Source: an uncultured Gemmatimonadaceae bacterium (lineage in GTDB: Bacteria > Gemmatimonadota > Gemmatimonadetes > Gemmatimonadales > Gemmatimonadaceae). From it: 64,000 nt of DNA. Of this stretch, positions 1 to 10,287 are shown piece after piece. The DNA is taken from positions 1,408,001 to 1,472,000 of the forward strand of contig OY970320.1 of assembly GCA_963716745.1 (NCBI GenBank), written 5' to 3'. A model generated the notes under the pieces. That model saw nothing but the letters and a program-made list of their open reading frames with translations, made no database searches and was not told the DNA's origin. Made by a program: the position numbers and the translations under genes. How positions within the stretch are numbered: position 1 is the stretch's first letter; the number at the start of each line of letters is the position of its first letter.

Positions 1-413
1 GTCCAGTCTTCCGCGTATTGGCGAATGGGCGACGAGCCGATGAAGGTCGCGCACTCGATGGGGATGCCGGCCGTCTGCGAAATCCGCACGACCGGCTCGA
101 CGTCGGAGCGCGTGGTGCGCGCGGCGCAGTTGGGGCTGAGCGGGAGCTTGGCGGCCACGATCTCGCGCGCGAGGGCAAGTGTGTCGGCCACCGCGCGCGG
201 ACCCGCGCCGGGCAGCCCGATGTCCGCGCTGGCGATGCCGAGCGCGACCATGAGGTGGAGGAGCTGCTTCTTGCTCTCGATGTCGGGATCCGTGACCGAC
301 GGGCACTGCAGGCCATCGCGCAGTGTCTCGTCGTTCAGCTCGACGCCGCAGGCGCTCCAATCGAATGCACCGGGCGCGGCATTCCAGTCGTGGATGAGAT
401 CGCGTTCCTGCAT
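1..413 (-). CDS. LeuA/2-isopropylmalate synthase-family (HMGL-like/DRE-TIM) protein, 5' part; runs off window start
   Basis: Own translation from ATG at 413: MQERDLIHDWN...LNDETLRDGLQCPSV...ADIGLPGAGP; the DxTLRDGxQ motif is diagnostic of DRE-TIM enzymes. Not in the ORF track because it is truncated. Confidence 0.85.
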   Translation of the reverse strand, partial: MQERDLIHDWNAAPGAFDWSACGVELNDETLRDGLQCPSVTDPDIESKKQLLHLMVALGIASADIGLPGAGPRAVADTLALAREIVAAKLPLSPNCAARTTRSDVEPVVRISQTAGIPIECATFIGSSPIRQYAEDW

Positions 414-446
414 TGGGTGGGAATGTATGGTGGTTCGGAGCGACCG

Positions 447-1433
447 CTACTCCCCGTGGACCTCGCCGTTGTCGCCAATGCTCACGGCGCCGCGAACATT
501 AACGAGCACCGCACCGTCGCCCACCATCGAATCGTGGACCGCGCAATCCTTCAGCATCGCGCGCGCACCCACGATCGAATCGCGCACGCTGCTCTTCTCG
601 ATCACGCTGCCGGCACTCACCGATACGTTGGGCCCGACCACCGCGTTGCGGAGCACCACGCCATCCTCGAGATAGACAGGGTCGATGATCTTCGAGCCCG
701 CCGGTATCTGTGCGGGACGGCGCGAGCGGCCCTTCTCCAGCATCACGCGGTTCGTGTCGAGGATGGTCTCGAGTTTGCCGGCGTCGTACCATCCGTCCAC
801 GTCGACCACTCTGAGCTTCGCACCGTGGTCGATCATGTACTGGAACGCGTCGGTGAGATAGAACTCGCCCTTGTTCGGCGGGCGCTTCATGATCTCGGTG
901 ATCCCCTCGTACAGCAGCTTCCAATTGCGGATGTAGTACAGCCCGATGTTCGCGCGCTTGGAGATGGGCGTCGATGGCTTCTCGATGATCTGCGTCATGT
1001 TGCCCGTGGCGTCGGTCACTACCACGCCGAAGCGCTGATAGTCCTCCACTTCCTTCGTCCAGATGATCCCGTCGGCGTCGGTGCGATCGATGATCGACAG
1101 GTCGGCGTCGAAGATCGTATCCACGAAGATGATGAGCACCGGCTGATCGACGAACTTCCGAGCCAGCTCCACGGCGCTCGCGGTGCCGTTCTGCACCACC
1201 TGCTCCACGAATTCGCTGGGGAAGCGCGCGCCCTCGCGCACGTAGATCTCGACGGCCTCCTTCAGGTGCCCCGTGATGTACACCACCTGTTCGACGCCGC
1301 CGAGTTTCTGGAGATCGTCCAGGATGTATTCCATCACCGGTTTCCCGGCGACGCGGAGCATCGGCTTGGGCGTCGTGTGCGTATGCGGGCGGAGCCTCGT
1401 GCCTTTGCCCGCCAGCGGGATGATCACCTTCAC
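447..1433 (-). CDS. Sugar-phosphate nucleotidyltransferase (RmlA/GlmU-like) with C-terminal left-handed beta-helix
   Basis: PLAGKGTRLRP...PKPM motif, EKP motif, C-terminal hexapeptide-like repeats. Confidence 0.9.
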   Translation of the reverse strand: MKVIIPLAGKGTRLRPHTHTTPKPMLRVAGKPVMEYILDDLQKLGGVEQVVYITGHLKEAVEIYVREGARFPSEFVEQVVQNGTASAVELARKFVDQPVLIIFVDTIFDADLSIIDRTDADGIIWTKEVEDYQRFGVVVTDATGNMTQIIEKPSTPISKRANIGLYYIRNWKLLYEGITEIMKRPPNKGEFYLTDAFQYMIDHGAKLRVVDVDGWYDAGKLETILDTNRVMLEKGRSRRPAQIPAGSKIIDPVYLEDGVVLRNAVVGPNVSVSAGSVIEKSSVRDSIVGARAMLKDCAVHDSMVGDGAVLVNVRGAVSIGDNGEVHGE

Positions 1434-1801
1434 GGCGCGCTCGTCCCCTGCCGCCCGTAGCGGTCGGTGAGACGCACGACGTCATCCAGCTCCGGCGTGC
1501 TCGCTTCGAGCACATCGCAGTCGGTGATCGCTTCCATGTAATGGATCGTGTTCGGCGTGATGCGGTACGCGTCGCCCTCCTTCAGGCGCACGTCGGTCAT
1601 CTCCTCACCGATCTTCACGCGGTAGCTCAGCTCGCCGCGCAGCAGGTACACGGTCTCGTCCTTGCGTTCATGATATTGCACCGAGAGCGCGTGGCCGGCG
1701 TTGATGTGCAGGATCTTGCCCACGTAACGCTCGGTGTGCGCCCAGATGATCTCGTAGCCCCACGGCTTGGGGACGCGTTTCACATTGGCGGGTCCGGTCA
1801 C
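1430..1801 (-). CDS. Cupin-domain protein (mannose-6-phosphate isomerase type II C-terminal-like)
   Basis: KPWG, LSVQYH..K.E and H..EA motifs; 4-bp overlaps with both neighbours. Confidence 0.85.
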   Translation of the reverse strand: MTGPANVKRVPKPWGYEIIWAHTERYVGKILHINAGHALSVQYHERKDETVYLLRGELSYRVKIGEEMTDVRLKEGDAYRITPNTIHYMEAITDCDVLEASTPELDDVVRLTDRYGRQGTSAP

Positions 1802-4730
1802 CAGAGATCTCCCACGGTGAATGTCCAGCGGAATTTCACTTGCTCGCTGCTCGCCTCGCGGCCCGGCGCGAGCTCCGGGCGATCCATGAGCACGGGCACG
1901 TCGATGCGAACCACATAGCTGCGATCGTACAACGCGCCGCGCAGGATCACGCTCGCACCCGCATCAACATAGTGCAGCGCATAGCCGGGGGTCGAGCCGA
2001 GCGGCGTGCCGTAGGCGATGTCCCCGAAGAGCGCGCCCTGGAATCCCGGAATGAGCGACCTTGGCTTCGCGCGGGTGAACTCGTACGCGATCTGCGTGTT
2101 CAGCGACGCGACGTTCTGCATGAAATTGTACAGTGAGTAACCGCGCATTCCCGCGCCACCGAGCGGAACGTACGGGACATCGGGCAGCACGAGGATCGCG
2201 TCCTGGCCGCGCAGGTAGTTGTTGTCGAACGTCGCCGTCGGATCGAGCGACGACAATCCGATCGAGCGCTCCGGCGGCGTCGCATTCGAGAGACCGCCGA
2301 ACGCACGAAGCATGAGCGCGAGCCGTCCGCTCGAGTCGAGCTTGAACGTATTGCCGGCCTCGACCTCCACTCGGCCGAACGCGCCTGCGCCCGGCGTGCC
2401 GGCGCGCGCGAACGCGATGCCGCCGTCCATGAATCCGCGCGCGAACCAGAGCGACGGCCTTCGCGAGCGCCATTTCCATTCGGCGCTCACGTCGGCCACC
2501 GTCGCATTGCTCCACCGCAGCGTGTCCTGCCACGCGCGCGCGTACGGCGACGTGATGTTGAACGCGAACGTGAGCGTGTCCTGCTGCCCGTTCGCGAATC
2601 GGAACGGGCTCTCATCCCACTTCTGCCTGAGCGTGAATCGGAACGTGCCATCCACCATCCAGAGTCCGGTGCGGAGTCCCATGGACGGTTGGTCGGCCCA
2701 CGGGAAGATCGGGTTGTCGACCGCTGCCCAGCCCTGCACCTGCGTTGCGGCGGAGAGATCCGGACCCCGCACGGCCATCACGAGCCCAAGATCCCACTGG
2801 TCCACCTGCTTCTGGTAGTTCGATCGCACGCGCGCGCCCACGGTGAGCCCGCCGGGCCCAGTGTACCACGCCTGCGGACTGATCGCCGCGATGTTGCGAT
2901 AGCGGTCCCACTGATCGAGGAACGGCCATCCGAAGACGAACTTGGTGGGATCAGGTTCGTTGTCGTTGCGCGAATTCCAGTCGGTGGTGAGATGGTCCGG
3001 GTCCAGTTGCAGCCGCGCACGCCCGCTCACAGCCGAGTCGGGAAAGCGCATGAGCGCCTCGTACGATCCGCGCTTCGCAACGGCGCCGCTCAACGGGTCG
3101 GCGTGCACACCGCTCAGCGAATAGTCCACGAGTCCCGTCTCGTGCACCCATTGCTTGAAGAACCAGTCGAGCTTTCTCCCCGACGCGCGCTCGGCGCTCG
3201 CGCGCATCGCGAACTCATCGACGTGCTTCAGCTTCCACGTGGCGTAGTAGTCCTTCAGGAATAGACGGAACACGCTGTCGCCCAGCGTCGCGCGCAGCGC
3301 GCTGTACATCATTTGTGCGCGTGTGTACACCATGTCGTTGTAGATCGCGAACTCGTTGAAATCCGGGCCCGGCGTGCCGATCGGTTCCGCGCGTCCGGTG
3401 AGCACGAGCGCGAACTGATCGATATCGGACTGCTCCCACCAAGGCGGAGTGATCGCATGTCCGCGGTAACCCTTGGGCGGGGGCGGTGGCTTGGGGCCGA
3501 GTCCTTTCGCGCGCTCCTGCGGCGTCTGATCCAGCGCCCACGCGGTCTGGTAGCTCGTGAGCCCCTCGTCCATCCAGCCGCTGCGCCACTCGTTGTTCGC
3601 GAGGATGCCGTATGAGTAGATGTGCCCCGTCTCGTGCAGCACGAGCCCGTCGCTCGGCGCGATCGTTCCGTACATCACCATCATCGGGAATTCCGTCGCG
3701 CCGCCATCGAGGCGCTGCGTCCCGAGCACCTGCGGGTACACGTACGGACCGTAGATCGATTCGAGCCACGCGAGCGCTCGCGCCTGTTTCGCGATCGCGA
3801 TGCCCTGTCCCCAGCCTTTCGCTCCGTTCGGTTCGTACAGCGCGTGGATCGCGATCGAGTCGTGGTATGTCGCCCCTTCGTACAGATAGTCCGGACTCGC
3901 CGTCCATGCGAAGTGGTGGATGTCGCGCGCGTAGAAGCGCACGGCTCGTTCACCGCTATCGAGCTGCACAGCCGGCGTGGGCGGCAAGGTGCCGTACGCG
4001 TCGCGGCGAATGTTCACGCGGCCCCATTTCAGAACGCGCTCCCAGCCTGGATCGCCTTCGACCGGCACGCCGGTCGCGCCGAGTACTTGATCGTTCTTCG
4101 CGACGATCGTGACATCGAACGTGCCGAACTCGCCGTACAGTTCTCCGGCGGGCACGAGCGCGATTGACCTCCCATCCGAGCCGATCGTAAACGGCCACCT
4201 TCGGATACCACTGCGCGAAGTCATAGTGGCGGCCTTTGCGCCCCTGCCGCCGGTACACCGTGGCGGACGGCCGCGACTCCCACGCGAAGTGCACCGTGAT
4301 CGTCGCGCCCGGCGCGAGTGCGCGGGGCAGCGCGATGTGCGCCACGGTGGAGTCCGGCGCAAACGGGTACGTCACCGTCACCGGCGTGCCATCCACCGTG
4401 GGCGCCGCGGTGAACCGCTCGTACCCGAAATCGGGATCCTTCAAGTTTCTGGAATCGCGTGCGCCCTTCGCGCTCGTCCGACGCGCTCCACCGAGACCCA
4501 GGGCGGAACGCATTGAGATACTGATACACGAACATCTCGCGCAGCGTATCGGGCGAGTGGTTCACGTACACCAGGTCGCCGCTCGCGCGCGCGGCCTGCG
4601 CCTTCTCATCCAGCCGCGCGACGATCGTGTACGACGCGCTTTGCTGCCAATAGCCGGTGGTGTCCCCCGACGGCGGCGTCGTGGACATTACGGTCGCTTG
4701 AAAAAGGAACGCAGCGTGCATCAACAGCAT
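1798..4730 (-). CDS. Secreted M1-family zinc aminopeptidase with long C-terminal extension; two apparent frameshifts (~4445, ~4170)
   Basis: Pieces in three frames join into YWQQ...Y.N.SPDTL...NAF / FAQWYPK.AVYD / ELYGEFG...GGATEFP...HETGH-x18-E (WMDEG). Confidence 0.8.
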
Positions 4731-4747
4731 GCTCTCTCGCCTCGTGG

Positions 4748-4781
4748 AAAAAACCGCGGCGCCCGTTCGCCCGGGCGCCGC
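4748..4781 (-). terminator. Rho-independent terminator after atpH
   Basis: GCGGCGCCCG stem, loop, CGGGCGCCGC stem, followed by GTTTTTT on the minus strand. Confidence 0.7.
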
Positions 4782-4811
4782 TGGAAGATACGGGATGCTA
4801 CCTGTGTCGAG

Positions 4812-5360
4812 CTACCGCGCCGCGGTCCCCAGCATGCGCGTACGCAGCGACGCGAGCCGCCGCGCCAGCGATCCGTCCATCACGGTGTCGCCCATGCGCA
4901 CCACCACACCGCCCAGAATGTGCGGCCGGACGGTGAAGTGCGGCACCACTTTCAGTCCGGTGATCCGCGACAGTTCCTTCGCGATCGACTCACGCACCGC
5001 CTCGCTCGGCTCGCTCACCACCTGCACCTGCGCGTGCGCGCGACCCGTGAGCGCATCCACTTGCGAGTGATACTCGAGCGCGACCTCGCTCAGCAGGTGC
5101 TGGCGGCGGTTGCGGATCATCGCCTGCACGAACCGCACGAGCTTGTGCGGCAGCTTCCCATCGAACGCCTTGCCGACGATGCGCGACTTCTCCTTCGCGG
5201 TCACGCTCGGCGTCTCAAGGAATTGCTTGAGCCGCGCATCGCGCCCGCAAATGTCGGCGACCATGTCCATCGCCGCGCCGAAGCCGTCGAGATCCTTGGC
5301 TTCCTGCGCGAGGCTCACCAGCACCTCGGCGTAGTTGCGGGCGACCGTCGGTTCGCGCAT
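4812..5360 (-). CDS. atpH: F1F0 ATP synthase subunit delta
   Basis: VARNYAE N-terminus, ILGGVVVRMGDTVMDGS C-terminus, position after atpF. Confidence 0.95.
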   Translation of the reverse strand: MREPTVARNYAEVLVSLAQEAKDLDGFGAAMDMVADICGRDARLKQFLETPSVTAKEKSRIVGKAFDGKLPHKLVRFVQAMIRNRRQHLLSEVALEYHSQVDALTGRAHAQVQVVSEPSEAVRESIAKELSRITGLKVVPHFTVRPHILGGVVVRMGDTVMDGSLARRLASLRTRMLGTAAR

Positions 5361-5932
5361 CAGCTCTTCTTCGCCGGCTCGATCGAGCCCAGGAAGTCGT
5401 CCACGATCTTCCGGTTCGTCGCGTCATCCAGATTCTTGCCGATCACCTTGCTCGCGCCCTTGATCGCGAGCTCCACCGCCTCGCGGCGGAGCTCGACGAT
5501 CGCGCGGTCACGCTCGGCGCCGATCTCCGTCTTGGCGCGCTCGAGCATCGCGCGCTGTTCTGCGCTCGCCTGCTCGATCACGCTCGTGCGCACCTTCTCG
5601 CCCGCGGCGCGGCCGTCGGCGATGATCTTCTGCGCCTCATCGCGCGTGGCCGCGAGCTGCTTCTGCTGCTCGGCGAGCAGCGCGGCGGCCTCCTCGCGGT
5701 CCTTCTTGGCGGCGGCGATCGCATCCGACAGCGCCTTCTCGCGCGCCACGACGGCGCCGAGGATCTTCGGATAGGCGAACTTCGCCAGGATCCAGAACAC
5801 CAGAATGAAGATCACGAACGTCCACACCATCAGCCCCGGTTCGGGCGACAGCAGACTGCCCTTGGGCGCCTCCGCCGCGAGTGGCGAGGCGAGGCACAGC
5901 GTGGCGATGAGTGGACGGATTGGATTGCGCAT
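5360..5932 (-). CDS. atpF: F0 ATP synthase subunit b
   Basis: PGLMVWTFVIF TM segment, KFAYPKI, long coiled coil; start taken at MRNPIRP. Confidence 0.93.
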   Translation of the reverse strand: MRNPIRPLIATLCLASPLAAEAPKGSLLSPEPGLMVWTFVIFILVFWILAKFAYPKILGAVVAREKALSDAIAAAKKDREEAAALLAEQQKQLAATRDEAQKIIADGRAAGEKVRTSVIEQASAEQRAMLERAKTEIGAERDRAIVELRREAVELAIKGASKVIGKNLDDATNRKIVDDFLGSIEPAKKS

Positions 5933-5994
5933 GGATCGAGTCCCGGCGAAGTGAGAACGGGAGAGCGGACCCGGGTCCGCTCTCCGGAGAGTGA

Positions 5995-6285
5995 CTAGAA
6001 CTTGTTCACGATCAAGAAGCAGATCACGATCGCGAAGAGCGCCGCGCCTTCGACGAGCGCCGCGAAGATCAGGCCGGCCGTCTGGATCTGTCCCGCGCGC
6101 TCCGGCTGGCGCGCCATGCCGTCGGCCACCTGGCCGCCGATGCGGCCAATGCCGATGCCGGCACCGATGATGCTCACGCCCGCGCCGATGCCGGCGCCCA
6201 TCATGGCCCACGCGCTCGCGTAGTCCCGGCCGAACTGGGTCGTCATCTGGCCGCCCGCCTGCAACATTGAAAGGATCGAATGCAT
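5995..6285 (-). CDS. atpE: F0 ATP synthase subunit c
   Basis: GAGIGIG, ARQPE loop, ALVEG proton-binding Glu. Confidence 0.97.
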   Translation of the reverse strand: MHSILSMLQAGGQMTTQFGRDYASAWAMMGAGIGAGVSIIGAGIGIGRIGGQVADGMARQPERAGQIQTAGLIFAALVEGAALFAIVICFLIVNKF

Positions 6286-6453
6286 TTGGTGCTCCTGAAG
6301 TCGAAACGTGAAGTGCCAATGCCCCGCGCCTTGTGAGAACAGCGCCGCTCGTCAACGAGGCCCGGGCCTCAACGAGCTTCCCCGGTCACCCGACCGGGTA
6401 CCGCGCCGCCGGAGTGGTGCATGCTCCGGCAGCGGCCTGCGTTGGATCCATTC

Positions 6454-7386
6454 CTAGTGCGCGGCCTGCCTGCCTAGTCCGATGAACACGCTCGCGAGGA
6501 GCGCGAAGATGAAGGCCTGCAGGAACGCCACGAACAACTCGAGCATGCTGATGCCGATGCCCATCACGACCGGGCCGCCGACGATGATCCAGCTATTGAA
6601 CGTGAAGATGAGGCTGATGATCGCGAGCAGCACGATATGGCCGGCCGTCATGTTCGCGAAGAGCCGGATCGCCAGCGCGAACGGCTTCGTGAGCTTGGAC
6701 GCGATCTCGATCACGGTCATGATCGGGACCATGAAGATCTTGATCGGCAGCGGCATGTCCGGCGGCCGATACACGACGGTCCAGATGTAATCCTTGCCGA
6801 GCGCAGCCATCGTGGCGCCTTCGATCACGACGAACGTGACGAGCGCGAGCGTGGCCGTCACCGCGATGTTGCCCGTCGCGGTCGCGCCGTACGGGATGAG
6901 GCCGAGGAGATTCGCGAATAGAATGAAGAAGAAGAGGGTGCAGATGAACGGGACGAACGCCTCGCCATGCGGCCCGACATTCGGGAGCGCCACTTCGTTC
7001 CGGACATACAGCACGAGTGTCTCCATCACGCCGGCGAAGCCGTGCAGGTGGCCCACCCGCTCCGTCTGTCGTCCGCCGACGAACGCCGCGAAGAGCAGCG
7101 TTCCCAGGCTGAGGAGCGCCGCGATGAGCAGCATGACGACGTGCTTCGTGGGGGACATGTCGAGCGTCACGCCGGCCACGTGGAGCGGCGCCCAGCGCGG
7201 AAGTTGGATCTCGCTCCCGAACAACTCGAGATGGTGTGAGTCGGTGATGTGCGGCGTGATGAGGTCCGGTGCCGGACCCGCTTCCGCCGCGGGCGCTGCC
7301 TGCTCCGCGCCTTCCTGCGCGCGAGCAGGCGCCGCCAGGAAGGCGAGCAGGAAGAGAGCGGAGGTGGCGATCGACTTGATGGTCAT
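6454..7386 (-). CDS. atpB: F0 ATP synthase subunit a with N-terminal signal-like extension
   Basis: ANLLGLIP, KPFALAIRLFANMTAGH, ELFVAFLQAFIF; start at MTIKS. Confidence 0.95.
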   Translation of the reverse strand: MTIKSIATSALFLLAFLAAPARAQEGAEQAAPAAEAGPAPDLITPHITDSHHLELFGSEIQLPRWAPLHVAGVTLDMSPTKHVVMLLIAALLSLGTLLFAAFVGGRQTERVGHLHGFAGVMETLVLYVRNEVALPNVGPHGEAFVPFICTLFFFILFANLLGLIPYGATATGNIAVTATLALVTFVVIEGATMAALGKDYIWTVVYRPPDMPLPIKIFMVPIMTVIEIASKLTKPFALAIRLFANMTAGHIVLLAIISLIFTFNSWIIVGGPVVMGIGISMLELFVAFLQAFIFALLASVFIGLGRQAAH

Positions 7387-7734
7387 GTCTTCAGCAGCAC
7401 CGGTTCCAGGAGCGACGTCAGGAAGAAGAACGCGACAAGACTGATCAGCGCCGGCGCTATCGGCAAGGCGAGCGCGCGGGCGCCGACGAAGCCGTACGCG
7501 ACCAGCACCACGAACCGCAGCAACATCCCCATGCCCCAACCCGCGAGCATGTTCGTACCGGCCGCCAGCTTCACCGCGGCGAATGCGAACAGCTGCACGA
7601 CCAGCGCGATCACGGCGCTCACCAGCACCGCATGCCGCGAAGCGGCGTCCGGCCACGCCAACGCCGAGCAAGGCCCCTGTGGCGGCGATCACTGCGAGCG
7701 ACAGCGCCGCGTAAAGTGACAGGGACCGGATCAT
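7383..7734 (-). CDS. Membrane protein upstream of atpB (AtpI-like); apparent frameshift ~7660
   Basis: Hydrophobic segments in two frames (MIRSLSLYAA... / WPDAASRHAVLVSA...LLEPVLLKT); position in the atp operon. Confidence 0.6.
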
Positions 7735-7964
7735 CGTGTGTTGCCGGCCAGCGCCCGATACATGTTCAGATCCCCGCTGCCGCGCCCACGAACGTCCCGA
7801 TCGACCAGGAAGAGCGGCGGGGTATGGAACCGTTCATCGAGCCAGCGCCCGCCATACAGTCCGAGCAGGACCAGAACGACGAATTGGATGCCGATCCCGG
7901 CGAATTGCGCGCCGTTCACGATCCCGCCCGCCGGATCCTTCTTGCCACCCCGCTCATCGTTCAT
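7731..7964 (-). CDS. AtpZ/AtpI family small membrane protein (possible frameshift near 3' end)
   Basis: GIQFVVLVLLGLYGGRWLDERFHTPPLF matches the G.WLD..F.T.P.F motif. Confidence 0.75.
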   Translation of the reverse strand: MNDERGGKKDPAGGIVNGAQFAGIGIQFVVLVLLGLYGGRWLDERFHTPPLFLVDRDVRGRGSGDLNMYRALAGNTR

Positions 7965-8175
7965 TTCGCCGCGAAATTTACCCGCTTGTGAAATTTTTCG
8001 CAAGCAAACTCCTGAACCACCCCGCCACGCCCCGTTGCGAACAAACCCCGCCAGCAAAGCCCCACGCCACAAACACTTACGGTGACGCCGAACTTGACCG
8101 TTCGTCTCTTCGGTACTAACTTCGCGGTCCCGTTAGCATCATCACTTTTCGGCGTTGCATTTCCGGCGGTATTCC

Positions 8176-8652
8176 GTGCCACGTTCCATCAATCGTCCAT
8201 TCCTGTTCTTCGTCGCCGCCGCCGCGCTCATCCTCGCGTGTGGACCGCGCGCGGCACACAAGGACGACGCCGATCAGAAAGACGCCAGCGTTCGCACCGC
8301 GCCCTCCAACGACGACGCGCTCGCCGTCTCAACCGGCGTCTCGGTCGGCAGCGATGTGCGATTCACGATGCACGTGACGAACCTCCACGACCGCGCCATG
8401 GAGATCCGCTTCCCCACCGGCCAGACGCACGAGTTCCTCGTCGTCGATTCCGCCGGCCGCGAAGTGTGGAACTCGAGCAACGGCCGCATGTTCACGCAGT
8501 CGCTCCAGAATCGCCTGCTCGCCACGCGCGAGACGCTCAGCTTCGGCGATTCCTGGGACGGCGCCGGCCACAACGGACGGTTCACCGCCGTCTCGCGCCT
8601 CAACAGCAGCAACCATCCGGTGGAAGAGCGGGTAGAATTCGTATTGCCGTAG
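8176..8652 (+). CDS. Lipoprotein, BsuPI-like intracellular proteinase inhibitor domain
   Basis: Lipobox-like ILAC; IRFPTGQTHEFLVVD..G.EVWN.S.GRMFTQ pattern. Confidence 0.7.
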   Translation: MPRSINRPFLFFVAAAALILACGPRAAHKDDADQKDASVRTAPSNDDALAVSTGVSVGSDVRFTMHVTNLHDRAMEIRFPTGQTHEFLVVDSAGREVWNSSNGRMFTQSLQNRLLATRETLSFGDSWDGAGHNGRFTAVSRLNSSNHPVEERVEFVLP

Positions 8653-8694
8653 CACCCCGCGGCAGCAGTTCCACCCTCTCGCCCGTCAATCCAA

Positions 8695-9678
8695 TTGTCC
8701 GCTGCCGCCGATAAGGACTTAAGTCTGCTCGACGCGCTGAAACGCGCGCGCACGGACCTCGCCGCGCAGATCGCGCGCCGCATCATCGGACAGAACGCCA
8801 TCGTCGACGATCTCGTCGCCGCGCTCCTCGCCGGCGGCCACGCGCTGCTCGTGGGCGTGCCCGGCCTCGCGAAAACGCTGCTGGTACGCACGGTGGCCGA
8901 GGCGCTCGACCTCTCGTTCTCGCGCGTGCAGTTCACCCCCGACCTCATGCCGAGCGACATCACCGGCACGGAGCTGCTCGAGGAGGATCCGGCCACCGGC
9001 CGCCGCGTCTTCCGCTACGTGAAGGGCCCGATCTTCGCGAACGCGGTGCTCGCCGACGAGATCAACCGCGCGCCGCCGAAGACGCAGGCCGCACTCCTCC
9101 AGGCGATGCAGGAGCACGCGGTGACCACGGCCGGCCAGACGCACGCGCTGCCGGAGCCGTTCTTCGTGCTCGCCACGCAGAACCCGATCGAGCAGGAAGG
9201 CACGTACCCGCTGCCCGAAGCGCAGCTCGACCGCTTCATGTTCGAACTGCGCATCGGCTACCCGAGCGCCGCCGAAGAGGAGCGCATCGTCACCGCCACC
9301 ACCGGCGACACCGGCGCCACGGTGAGTCCGGTGCTCACCGCCGAGCAACTCAGTGCGATGCAGCACCTCGTGCGCCGCCTCCCCGCGCCGCCAACGGTCG
9401 TGAACTACGCCGTGAAGCTCGCACGCCGCACCCGTCCCGACGATCCCGAGGCGAACGCCGACATCAAGAAGTTCGTGAGCTGGGGCGCCGGACCGCGCGC
9501 CTCACAGTTCCTCGTACTCGGCGCGAAAGCCAAGGCCGCGATGGACGGCCGTCCCGTCCCCGACATCGACGACGTGCGCTCCGTCGCACTCGCCGTGCTC
9601 CGCCACCGCATCGTGCTCAACTTCCAAGGCGAAGCGGAGGGCATCACGGTAGAGAAACTGATCCGCCTCGAGGAGTGA
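8695..9678 (+). CDS. MoxR-family AAA+ ATPase
   Basis: GVPGLAKT, RVQFTPDLMPSDITG, LADEINRAPPKTQ, ATQNPIEQEGTYPLPEAQLDRF. Confidence 0.95.
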   Translation: MSAAADKDLSLLDALKRARTDLAAQIARRIIGQNAIVDDLVAALLAGGHALLVGVPGLAKTLLVRTVAEALDLSFSRVQFTPDLMPSDITGTELLEEDPATGRRVFRYVKGPIFANAVLADEINRAPPKTQAALLQAMQEHAVTTAGQTHALPEPFFVLATQNPIEQEGTYPLPEAQLDRFMFELRIGYPSAAEEERIVTATTGDTGATVSPVLTAEQLSAMQHLVRRLPAPPTVVNYAVKLARRTRPDDPEANADIKKFVSWGAGPRASQFLVLGAKAKAAMDGRPVPDIDDVRSVALAVLRHRIVLNFQGEAEGITVEKLIRLEE

Positions 9679-9877
9679 GCAGTTCCCAAGAAAAGCTGTT
9701 GCCGTATCCGCCGCATCCGCGCGGTTTCCGCCGCATCGGGTGTTCAAACATGAACCGTGATCTCCATGGAGCCTCGAGGGCATCGAGGCTCCACGGAGAT
9801 CACGGTTCATGTTTGAACTCCGGATGCGACGGAAACAGCGCGGATGCGGCGGACACTGCAAATGCTTTGTGAACTGC
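9679..9877. repeat. ~200-bp nested palindrome (REP/MITE-like) between convergent genes
   Basis: Inner arms 9742-9777 and 9783-9818 are complementary with one mismatch; outer arms pair imperfectly; ends GCAGTTC/GAACTGC. Confidence 0.85.
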
Positions 9878-9890
9878 AACTGCAACCGCG

Positions 9891-10280
9891 CTAGCGATCG
9901 ATGATCGCTTCCGCTTCGATCTCCACGAGCATCTCGGGATTGATCAGCCGGCTGATCTCGATCATCGCCGTCGCGGGGCGAATGGCGCCGAAGACCTCTC
10001 CATGCGCCTTGCCGATCTCCTCCCAGCGCGAGATGTCGGTCACGTAGATGCGCGTGCGCACGACGTCGCTCATCTTCGCCCCCGCTTTCGTGAGCGCGCT
10101 CTCGATGTTCTTGAGTGTCTGCATCGTTTGCGCGTACGCGTCGCCCACGCCCACCACCGCGCCGCCGTCGCCGGTGGCCGTCGTGCCGGACACGTGCACC
10201 ACATTGCCCACGCGCACCGCGCGCGAGTAGCCGACCTTCGGCTCCCACGGCGTACCGCTGGAAATGTTCTGACGCGTCAT
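9891..10280 (-). CDS. RidA/YjgF family protein
   Basis: [37 protein letters not shown]. Confidence 0.93.
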   Translation of the reverse strand: MTRQNISSGTPWEPKVGYSRAVRVGNVVHVSGTTATGDGGAVVGVGDAYAQTMQTLKNIESALTKAGAKMSDVVRTRIYVTDISRWEEIGKAHGEVFGAIRPATAMIEISRLINPEMLVEIEAEAIIDR

Positions 10281-10287
10281 GAGAGCC

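Noticed and set aside
5360..6355. ORF-track fusions (331-aa atpF, 426-aa atpB, 609-aa trmFO-xerC, 548-aa regulator, 495-aa pilV-pilW)
   Set aside because: Artefacts of upstream open frames or indels; internal starts with stop/start overlaps give normal-sized proteins
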